From contig NC_134029.1 in assembly GCF_964204645.1 (NCBI RefSeq), positions 7,714,850 through 7,778,849 on the forward strand: a stretch of 64,000 nt of DNA, written 5' to 3'. Below the pieces are notes generated by a model that saw only the letters and a program-made list of their open reading frames with translations, was not told where the DNA came from and searched no databases. The stretch is from Tubulanus polymorphus (Eukaryota; Animalia; Nemertea). Below, piece by piece: positions 53,453-64,000 of the stretch (position 1 is its first letter; every line of letters starts with the position of its first letter). The translations under genes and the position numbers were made by a program.

Positions 53453-56400
53453 TTACACTTTACTAACGAAGCTGCATAGTTTACGAATGTGTCGCATCCA
53501 GTTGGGAACTATAGCTAAAGACGATAGAAAAGCCAGTCCACCGCCTACGTAAAACGAGTACATATAATTTCCTGTTACGTCGAAAATCCAACCTGTAAGA
53601 AAACGTATTCCTGATAAAAAGGTCAAATTATCATAAATGGTTTGGCAAGAGTTTGCATCGTAAGGATATATCAAGCGAATTGATTCACCCTTAAATTTCT
53701 GACATAACTTGAAAAAAGTAATATGCTCGTTGTAAAATGTAAAAGGCTCATAAGGATTCGTGAGTTACCTGCTAATGGTGCGCCGGCGAAAGATCCAATT
53801 CCTGTGAAACAAAAACAATATCCTATTGACATGTTGACCAGGTCACTGTCTTCAAGTACTTCAATTAAAACAAGCGGCATCATAGCTATAATGCCGGAAA
53901 CACTAAATCCCAGGAACACGCTGAGTATGATTCCTGCCGTGAATCCTTCGAATACCGGCACTAGAAACGAAGCCACTGCTAACATGACATCGATTGCTAA
54001 ATACAAAGATAACGTATCTATCCGTTTGAAATGCGTCAAAAACGAGCCGACCACACGGCCGAACACCCCGCTTATACCGATTATCGATACCATATATCGG
54101 GCTTGTTCGATGGTTACTTTAAGCAAATTCTCGAATCCGGAAACTACGTGTACATAAATCACAGATGCCGACATGGAGTAGAATAGTAAATGCAAACTCA
54201 TAGTCAGAAAGGCTGGCGTTTTGAACAATTTCAAATGCAATATATTTGCCAGATTTGTTTTTGAATGTGTCTCATGACTGTGCTTTTCCGAACTGGAAAT
54301 GTTTCTGCGAAATCGATGCAACTTTTCGGCGGGAATTTCTTCTTCGCGAAGATGTTGTTCATATCCCTCTTTTTGATTGATCATTTCTGATGATAGCATT
54401 TTCATCTGTAAACTGCTTTCACAATCGGTCAATAGACGGTCATTTGCGTGATTTGAGTTACGGACATCTTTCGATTGATGGTTTTTAGTGCTCCAATTCT
54501 TCAGTAGGAGACACAAAGAGCAGTAATGAAGGCAAACGCCACCCAAAATCAACGTAGATCCTCTCCAGGAATAAACCTCTATTGTACTGTTCACAAGAAG
54601 TGAATAAATAAATGTCCCGATGGAGTTTCCAGTTATAGCGATACCGTTCACTATGGCTCTGTACGTTTTAAATCTCATCACAAGATAGGCAACAATCGGT
54701 GCAATGTGTAACGAATTCGCGGCACCTGTTGAATGATACAAAATATCGTATATATTACTAAACAAGGCAACAAAGGCGCTACAGATTTGTTGACACGAAG
54801 TCATGCGTTAAGATGAAAGAAAAAGAAATCGAAAAATGGTCGTTTCAACATGCGATTTTAGACAATGAATTTTTATAAAACCAGGGTAGGAAGTTGTAAA
54901 CTCGAAGGTAAACATTTTTTACGAAAATTAACGCATTTGGTGACCGGATTGACCAATCAGAAATCGCTGTAGTTTGCACCTTCTAGCATATAGAAAAGTT
55001 TGCAAAATAACATGACATTTCGACAGAAGCCTCCATCTCCTCGTATATACTTGCCGGCTATTGACCAGAGAATGATAACCATGTTAATATTCGTAGCGAA
55101 GGATGACGCACATATAGCAAGACCATTGAAAATGCCCGCAATCACTAGACACAATCGTATTCCATATTTTCTAATTAATACAGTAGCGAGTGGAGCTGAA
55201 AAATAAAAAAAATCAAGCTAAAAGGTCCAATGTTCTTATTGGACCACCAAGTTCGAATGGGATATTACCTGACACAGCAGACAATAAAGAAGTTTCCAGT
55301 TTCTAGGGGCCATTTTGTGGCGGTCCCTCGAGGTCCCCATTGTTGCAATAATTTGCGCTCATTTTTAAAACATAAGTTCTGATTGAATATCATATAGGTT
55401 TACAGTAACTTGCTTGATTAACTTAATTAATACACCATTTTAAAGGAAATGAAATGCAGGTATTTGCCGGTGATCATTGTATTTTTTTAACGCAACAATT
55501 AAGAGCAGTGACGATATGAAAACCAAGGACCGCATATTTCAACCGCGCATAAAAAAAATTGCGAGTTTTATAGTTTTTGAAATATCTAAGTGGTTATTAA
55601 GGCTATATTTCCCATTTTTGCTGAGGTTAAAGAGCGTTATTTGCAGTTTTGGCCTGCGTTGAAATGTTTTAAACATCTTTCCTGATGACTGATCTGTAAC
55701 CGAGTTTTGAATTATCGCGCAGGAAAACAAAAAATGGGCCATTGTAAAAAATATTTATCCAGCTTTTAGCCAGTCAGAAAAATCTTTCAAACCAAAAAGT
55801 TTAGTTTTCTCGCGCGAGAAAACCAAAAGTTTTGAATTCTCGCGCGAGAAAACCAAACTTTTTGAATTCTCGCACGAGAAAACCAAACTTTTTGAATTCT
55901 CGCGCAGAAAACCAAAAGTTTTGAATTATCGCGCGAGAAAACCAAAAAGGGCCACTGTGAAAATTTTTTTTTCGTTGCTCTAGCCGTACAGAATTTTTTG
56001 TTACTATGGCCCGAATCAGCCACCATAGTAACCGCTAGAGTTCGAGATTACGCGCCAAAGGGTCTCCCACTGCGCACCGCCATTTCACTTAGACTGGTTG
56101 CCTGTCCCATTCAATATTCTAATTGAAGATAGAGACCGGCAACCAGTCTACAATTTCACTGAACATTCACTGGCTGAGTGTAGCAATGCCATCAGGTTTG
56201 AACCCTGCCGAGTGAGGATGTGTTGGCGTGAGCGTACGTCAGCGGGAGCGAACCAAGTCGTGGCAAGCGAGGATGCGTGACGCGAGAAGGCCGCTCCACC
56301 CCATCCTCGCTTGCCAGGGGTCCAGTATCACTCCCGAACTCGCTTCCACCAGCCCCCTGGGGTCACGAAGCGTGATTTCATTACTGGCGCTGTTGCGCAT

Positions 56401-57438
56401 GACGTCATATATCGATTTGCGAAATGCTTCCTTGTTCGGTTAAACGTTCGCTGATTGGTCCATTTAACGGGAAAACAAACGGAAGTCTGCTGTCGGTTTG
56501 TTACAAGCACTGTGATTGGTACGACCGGATTCTGGTCGGCTAGTAACAACTCCAACGACTCGTGAGGTCAAGGGGTTCGGGGAACAGCTTTAGCGTAGTG
56601 GGTTCGAATCCCTTGACGGGTGAAGATGCTCCACCCTGGATGGCAATGTCTCGAATGTTTTTTGGTCGAGAAGGCGGTCTCGAAATCACCGCTATTGATC
56701 TGACCCGACGCAGGACCCGGCTAGCTTCATCTAGTCCAACCTACGTATTCTGGTTCCATCCCCACCCTAGCGTTATCACCCACAGTCCGAAGCAAATCGT
56801 TTTTAATTAAATGTTTTGCATGTTGCGTAGTTTACAGTACTCGCCACTGTTTCAAACGTTTGATATGCTAAATAATGGATAAATATACACTCACTGAGGT
56901 TGCACCACCGGACGGACACGCGTAATGTATAAATCGTATAATAAAAAAAAATCGTATCTCGCATGTCATATGTTGTATCTCGTAAGTTGTGTCTCATATC
57001 TTGTATATTGTATCTTACATAGCGTGTGTCGTCTGTCATGACGGATCAAGGCATTATATAAGAGCTGTTTTGTACATATAAATCAAATTTATTGTATCGA
57101 GTGCGGTTCAAGGAAACCAGTATTCAAAGGCTATGAAGATATTATAAATTATGCTATGAAGATATTATAATATCAGTATATATGAAAATGAAAACCGAAC
57201 CCAATGAACCAGGATTAACCAAGACAAAATCCTTACCAAAGATATGCGCAAAACCGGTGTAGCATGTCCCGGCAAAAGCGGCTACTCCGTATCCAGTCAC
57301 AAAATACACCTCCCATTCTGCCACGTATATTCCCAGAACATAATGAATTCCGTTGATAGTTGATATAACGAACAAGACACTAGTAATAGCTATAGTTTCC
57401 AGTAAACTAGGCTCGCGAAATCCATCATCCGAAAACAT
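53453..57438 (-). CDS. MFS monocarboxylate transporter (SLC16/MCT-like); exons 57438-57237, 55195-55055, 54725-53769, 53592-53453; 479 aa
   Basis: All three introns are phase 1 and join in frame (1440 nt); multi-pass hydrophobic profile with a large central loop; motifs YSWRGS..ILGG, GRVVGS, GAPLAGWIFDVTGNY typical of SLC16. Confidence 0.9.
55285..55380. repeat. Dispersed repeat, direct copy at ~57890-57985
   Basis: ATAAAGAAGTTTCCAGTTTCTAGG.GCCATTTTGTGGCGGTCCC..GAGGTCCCCATTGTTGC is shared by both loci. Confidence 0.85.
55460..56038. mobile_element. Non-autonomous element with ~30-bp tandem repeats (55788-55950); left boundary approximate
   Basis: AAACCAAAAGTTTTGAATTCTCGCGCGAGA repeated about 5 times; right end resembles that of the 6650-7326 element. 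Confidence 0.5.
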
Positions 57439-58107
57439 CGCGCAGCAGGAAGAGTAGGTCCACCTATAGTATACCTAATCGTTGGTGGTTAGCTTTTATA
57501 ATCAGATGGGCTTATTATACCATATGTGGTTTGTGAAATATCCGATGGTGAAACTAAACCGTAGACAGGTCGCTGACTAGCCTACCTACCGTATATAATA
57601 GATACCGTACATGCAAACGCGCTCATGGGATTTTCAACAGGCCGGTGTAACAGATTGCAAAGCATTAGGGTTTTTTCACAATTTAGGTCGAGGACCCGAG
57701 GACCGGCTACGTATAATAGGAAATTACATATAGTATAATATGTGAATTTCATACATTCTTATAGCAGTCTAACAGTCGTATTCCCCAAAAATAGGCCTGG
57801 CGGGCTAGCATGTTATCGATAAATCAATCGATATTCAAAGCTATTTTCCTTTTGACGCATGAATATTTTGCTGCTTCGATGTACATTTAATAAAGAAGTT
57901 TCCAGTTTCTAGGCGCCATTTTGTGGCGGTCCCCCGAGGTCCCCATTGTTGCGATAATTTGCGCTCATTTATAAAACTTAAGTTTTTATTGTATATCATC
58001 TCTGCAGTCCCTATGCTACGATATTTCATTTTCTGGCAAAAGCAAAATACTGCAGATATTCATTGTAGATATTCATCGTTCATTGCCGAACGAATAGGTG
58101 CGCATCC

Positions 58108-58894
58108 GGGATACGCCCATAATACCTCCGCCCAAAATACCTCCGTCCAAAATCCCACACCCAGAATCCCTCCACCCAGAATACCCTCATATGTGTCCAA
58201 AATACCTCCACCCAGAATTAAAAGAAATACTATAATTCTATTATTTAGATGTATAAAGTACCACCAATATTCACTATTATGTATATGATCATATATAATG
58301 TATTACGGTATATATAAGCCTATACTGAATAATAATTGAATAACAATTAATGACAATGTTCACTTCCAATTAGTTATGGCTGGGAAATTTACAAATCGAC
58401 CCAATTTGAATAAACAACGAGATATGGATTATAGAATATTGATTAGTTTATCTCATGTCTTTATTCTAATACTAGATTTCTCTGGAAACAATTCAATATT
58501 TAGATTATAGAATATTGATTAGTCCTATAATCTGAGAAAACAATGTACTACATTTCGGTATATACATTGAATTCAGTTCATTTCCATTTAACTGCAACAA
58601 TGATCTTCGACGAACAATATACTGAAATTAACATTATACTTTGTTAACTACTTTTAAACTACAGAACTTTGGTTTATTTGAATATGGCCTGTAAATTCAA
58701 ACTTGGATGGGGACAAATTCTAAAACAATTATATTACTAATAGGTTCCTAATTTTTGTCCTTCACGCATAAACCCATTAGATCTAGGGCCTGGAGGTATT
58801 TTGGAAACATATGAGGGTATCCTGGGCGGAGGGATTCTGGGTGTGGAATATTTGGGTGGAGGTATTTTGGGCGGAGGTATTATGACCCGGATTC
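58108..58894. mobile_element. MULE-like non-autonomous DNA transposon
   Basis: ~105-bp inverted arms with AATACCTCCGCCCA subrepeats; 8-bp direct flank GCGCATCC at 58100-58107 and 58895-58902. Confidence 0.85.
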
Positions 58895-59013
58895 GCGCAT
58901 CCAGGGTCAATGGAAAGGGGGTGTCCACTTAAGCAATTTAGGGCCTTTTCTGAGATTCGCTACATTTAGCATAGCACTTAAAAAACATTTTCCATAGTTT
59001 GTGGTCGAGGACT

Positions 59014-59730
59014 TACGGAAGCCCCTAGGTGACATAAGAGATAATTTTTTTCATAATTCGACTTATTAAGTCAAATTTCGACATAATAAGTCGAATTTCG
59101 ACTTAATAAGTCGAATTTCGAGATAATAAGTCGAATTTCGTGTTAATTAAATCGAATTTCGACTTAATAAGTCGAATTTCGACATAATAAGTCGAATTTC
59201 GTGTTAATTAAGTCGAATTTCGACTTAATAAGTCGAAATTCGACATGAAAATAAAACTCGAAATTCGACTTAATTAACACGAAATTCGACTTATTATCTC
59301 GAAATTCGACTTAATAAGTCGAATTTCGACATAATAAGTCGAATTTCGACTTAATAAGTCGAATTTCGACTTAATAAGTCGAATTTCGACATAATAAGTC
59401 GAATTTCGTGTTAATTAAGTCGAAATTCGACATGAAAATAAAACTCGAAATTCGACTTAATTAACTCGAAATTCGACTTAATTAACACGAAATTCGACTT
59501 ATTATGTCGAAATTCGACTTATTAAGTCGAAATTCGACTTAATAAGTCGAATTTATGAACAAAATTATCTCATATGTCACCTAGGGGCTTCCGTATAATT
59601 AACACGAAATTCGACTTATTATGTCGAAATTCGACTTATTAAGTCGAAATTCGACTTATTATGTCGAAATTCGACTTAATAAGTCGAAATTGTTGAAAAT
59701 TTTCTCGTATGTCACCTAGAGGCTTCCGTA
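59014..59730. mobile_element. TIR element filled with a 21-bp palindromic minisatellite; right end duplicated
   Basis: TACGGAAGCCCCTAGGTGACAT at 59014, inverted copies ending at 59595 and 59730; TAAGTCGAAWTTCGAC units between; CT on both flanks. Confidence 0.85.
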
Positions 59731-60471
59731 CTTACGAATATATTTCGATAGAAATTTATTTTTTCAAAGAAAAAATAATTTTTTGTCAAGAAATATTCTT
59801 ATGACCCTTATCAGACACCATAATATCCCGACATTAAATAAAACTTTATCTATTCCTGAATTACGTCCCTAGGTCGCTTGCGTATATCCATCATATTGAA
59901 CGTAGTAAACTTTTTGATGAAGCAATGTCTTTAACTTGTCATGTTTTTTTCATCTTAGAATAGGGCTTGACCCTGTTATCTATCTAACTGGTAGATTTCG
60001 TTTGATTTTTTTTTTGTATTTGGTGTCCCTTACAAACCCACCACAACAATATCCGACGCACACAGCTAATTTTCATCTATATTCGCTCGGGAAAATTTGA
60101 TACCTTCTCAGTCGACGATGATGCCTGTAAAGTTCCAGTTAACTCCCTTATAATTTTATACCTCGTTTAGATTATGCCCATTCTCAGATCTACTGTTACT
60201 ATTCAACGCTACAGCGAAGCCTGCAGCTTATACAAAATACCCCTCGTCGTATTGCTATAGGACTAGAAAGTCTGAACATATCACCCCTACTCGTTCGATG
60301 AATCTTCACTTGCACGTTGATTGAGTTCCAAATCCAAACAAAAGCATGTCAAATGTAGATAAAGGAGAACCTTGAACCCACACCGCGCGCGCAAACCACA
60401 CAAAGCTATAGTACAAAGCTATACACAGAGCGCGCTGGGATACGCGTGCATTTGAGAGGGGAGCACAAAGA

Positions 60472-60673
60472 ATGAATACGCGTGAGACTTTTCGGGAGCC
60501 TGGTTTGCTAGAAACTATCGTTATAACTTGCGTCCTGTTCATTATTTCAACGATCAACGGAACTCACTATATTTTAGGAATATACGTGGCAGAATGGCAG
60601 CGATATTTCGCAGCCGGATACGGAGTAACCGCATTTATAGGCACATGTTACACCGGATTTACTTGTTGTTTTG
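60472..60673 (+). CDS. First exon of a paralogous SLC16/MCT-like transporter; remaining exons not found in the window
   Basis: FREPGLLETI...STINGTHYILGIYVAEW...GTCYTGF aligns with exon 1 of the 57438 gene; same length (202 nt) and same phase-1 G|GTAAG donor. Confidence 0.85.
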
Positions 60674-61349
60674 GTAAGACGAGCTCATCATTCAATTTAA
60701 TTCCAATATATTTATTCATCATAAGCAAGTGCAGTGTTTGTGACCGATATATACATGTTACAAAGCAGGCAAAAATCAAGCTTTTGAAAAAATTATGATG
60801 TATATAGATATAGTCTAGTACCTAGCCGTTGTTCCTGAAACAACGTCTAGGGCGTAAGTGCTCATATAAGGTTAATTTTCGTCCCTCATTTTGAGGGACG
60901 AGGCTTTGAGCGTCTATTTCACCCTCTTGTTTCAAATTATTAAGGTTAAAATTGACCAAAATTTATGCGTTTTATCAACAAAAAATAACATTTAGAGTAA
61001 TTTTAGAGAGACATATTGAATTTTCACATTTTATTCATTTAGTCCGTATTGGAAATCCCGATAGTGGCAATCAATTCAAATCAAATAAATAAATTCTCCG
61101 GTTCGCGATTTAAATCATCAAAAGATATATTATAAAACACGTTTTCAAAGTCAACTAGGTAACTAATTTATTTATTTTAGTACAAAGGTTTGATTTGACA
61201 CTAAAATCAGTTGATGCATTGCAATTAACAGGAGTAAACCTCTATATGATACTTTAGCGTCAGACGTTGTACGGAACCGTAACAACGACTGGTATTCAGA
61301 CTAATATAGATAATGTACGGTCACAAAATACTCCTATTCAATTCACTTC

Positions 61350-61950
61350 GGAAGAAGTATGTTGAAAAAATCACCTGTGGTCTCCACGGGCTTTTCATAC
61401 ATTATGAAATGATCATACCGGTACTTAGCATATTTGTTTGCTATCTATAGTTCTATTACCTTGGCCCTCCACGAGAAGAAGAAATTTTCAGTATGTGATT
61501 AGGGACCCCGGTCTCGGGCACGGGTCAAGCGGTCCTGAGATCGCATATGGTCTCTTTTGGGTGATCACACCTCATAATAGGCCGCGTTAAAATGCCCCTA
61601 CTCAATTCGTATGCAATGAACTATTAAGTAGGAAGTTCTTCGTTTAAAAATCATCCGTGGTTTCCACGGGCTTTCCGGGTACTTTACATAGGCCTATTTG
61701 TTTCTATCTATAGTTCTATTACCTTGGGCCTCCATGGGAAGAAGAAATTTTCAGTATGCGATTAGGGGCCCCAGTATCCTCGGACACAGGTCAAGTCGGT
61801 CCCAAGATTCCATATGGTCTCTATGGGCACGGGTGATCAAACCACATAATATGCCACTTTAAAATGTTCCTACTCAATTCGTATGCAATGAACTAATAAG
61901 TAGGAAGTTCTACGTTTAAAAATCACCGTTGGTTTCCTCGGGCTTTTTTA
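61350..61950. repeat. Diverged tandem repeat, ~275-bp unit (2+ copies)
   Basis: CTATCTATAGTTCTATTACCTTGG, GAAGAAATTTTCAGTATG and CTACTCAATTCGTATGCAATGAACTA each recur about 270 bp apart. Confidence 0.85.
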
Positions 61951-62500
61951 GTATGTATTATTAGCTATGTCTGCTCCCGGGTTTCTGCCGCATCGTAGGA
62001 AGTTCACAGCTGTATTCATCATGTTTACCATTCCAGGCATGCCATGCGCGTTCGTAGAGGGGGAGCCCGAATGCGTTTTTCGTTTACTTTTGTCAGCGAT
62101 ATGAGGTTGGCATTGAGCCATTTAATGTAAAATCGCGGGACGTTTTTTTATGTGAGCATATGTTTTATTGGTTCTGGGCCTTAAACGACGTATAATCGAT
62201 TCGATTGAAGACATGGCGAACCTCCGTCGATGACATGGTCAACTTTGGTAGAATTCTACGAAAAACTGTTTTTGGCGGGAAAATTCTTAGCTCTTGCGTA
62301 TAAAATTGCAATGACCTCGATTGGGGGGCGTCGTCTCTACGATCGAAATTTTTATATTCCATATTTTGTATTCAATCTTGCCTCCACGTACCATTCTTAT
62401 GGTTGGAGTGAAATAAATATCTTATCTAATGTGATTGGCTGTTTTTATATATACGTTTTAATCCCGGTGATTGTTTTGATTGCCATTGAAGCGTAAGAGA

Positions 62501-62517
62501 ACACACACACGCACGCA

Positions 62518-62562
<45 letters not shown>
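62501..62562. repeat. Compound (CA)n/(CACG)n microsatellite
   Basis: acacacacac gcacgcacgc... acacacac seen directly. Confidence 0.95.
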
Positions 62563-64000
62563 TGGATGGATCAGTCTGAAATTTCGTACACTTGTTTAGC
62601 TATCTACCATCAATGTTGTGTCCAAATTTCATCGAAATCGGATAAAAATTAATGATTTTCAAACAATTTGAAATGTCTCTGAAATCTTTAATCTTGGCCC
62701 TATCTCTACAAAAAAAGATCGCTAGCATCAGATTTTCATTCCCACTATGACTAGATTATTTAAAATTAGTTTAGAACTTGATATGAAAACTTTTATGAAT
62801 TTGTCAAATTTAACTGTGTGTGACCTGCTGTGTGGTAGGTAGAATTTATCAGCTTTCTTACATGGGAACAATATCACAAATCCGCGTTGTGCATGGGAAA
62901 TTTGTTTATAGCCTAGATTTCAAGAATAATTCTAAAATTCTAAAAAACATTGTTCAAAATGAAATAGTACATTGAATATTTGTTCATTTTAAATGTAGTC
63001 ACTAAGAATGAGTGGCAGCTTATTGGAACACTGCCACTTTCCTGAAAAACTATTAGGCCACACGTCAAGGCATGTTTTTACACTTCAAACATGTAGCTCA
63101 TACATCGGCAGTTGGTCGACCGTTTTTGGCGAACCGTAGGTTTGCCTATGCAAACGGTCTGATAAAGCAGTTTTCATTGAAAATAAATAGAGTACCGGTG
63201 TGTCAACAAGGCACAAACATAGGCTGTTGAACTAATAGTGTTGAATATTGGTGTCATGGTTTGGCTTAATGAGTTCTCGAGCCCACAAAAATTTCATAGT
63301 GATCGAGTTATTTTTAGGGGACTTATTCTTGAAAAACACGCAAAAACCCTGCTTTTTAGCACTAAGTAATGGCATGTTTTTACATATGACAATTTGCATG
63401 CTTGGAATTGAAATATATAAAAGTTCAATCCTTCCTGGAAGTGTCGCCGTTTTTAGTTCGACTGATCTCAATGTACTTTTCGACCTACAGGCCCTCACTT
63501 TATAAACCCCCTAAATTTCCTCGCTTCTATTTATTTGAGTTGACCTTGTAACCCGAGCTACAATGAATGTGATTGGCTGTTTGTGGGATATACGGGACAT
63601 TCCGGGAATTTCGCCGTTTCTGATGTCATTGGGAAAGCCCATTGGGAAAGCCTAATGTGAAACCCAAAACAAAATGGCGCGTATTTGTTTTGAGTTCTAG
63701 AAAAAAAGTCTGATGTTTGTATTTTTTACATTTTGTCGATTGATGGATTCTGACTTGTGAAATTGTGGTCAATCTAATACTGCGTCGCTAGTGTTGTATA
63801 TACGCGCGTCAGCTGTCAGCCGCGTGTGTGCGAATATAGGTTACAGTTTGTGGTGTGTTAGTAATCACCTGAGCGAGTCTATATATAGCACAGTGACTCG
63901 GCAATGATAGTATCACACAGAACTAACCGCAGGCGCATATATTGTCGGCCTCATACATCTTCAATCCAAATTAATTTATATTTAGTATAATATTTTTGAC

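Noticed and set aside
48145-54157. Many plus-strand and alternate-frame ORFs
   Set aside because: Antisense or off-frame shadows of the GPCR and transporter exons.
56570-56625. tRNA gene around GGTTCGAATCCC
   Set aside because: No acceptor stem or D-arm could be paired by eye.
59050-59700. CRISPR-like array of palindromic repeats
   Set aside because: No unique spacers, no cas genes, eukaryotic context; units are head-to-tail inside TIRs.

Overview
AT-rich, intron- and repeat-rich eukaryotic DNA from an invertebrate, probably a spiralian (inferred from the GRL101-type receptor and the repeat families). It is not prokaryotic, and most short ORFs in the track are noise. The right third holds the clear genes. 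One is a two-exon, ~1354-aa GRL101-like GPCR (signal peptide, two C-type-lectin-like domains, ~7 LDLa repeats, LRRs, 7TM; 53075->48129). Another is a four-exon SLC16/MCT-type MFS transporter (57438->53453) with a GC-AG intron, whose stop lies only ~380 bp upstream of the GPCR. A divergently oriented paralogous MCT first exon starts at 60472. An intronless orphan ORF (43660->42281), built from 213-bp repeats, has a TATA+Inr core promoter. The left 45 kb is mostly non-coding, with a few candidate minus-strand exons and many mobile elements (mariner/maT, PIF-Harbinger, MULE-like, P-like, Academ-like, Helentron-like, an RTE LINE remnant). The most notable non-obvious signal is five minimal type-I hammerhead ribozyme motifs between 9.2 and 20.7 kb, mostly inside short Penelope-like units; three are intact, one has a weakened stem I and one is decayed. 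All calls were made by eye, without database searches.
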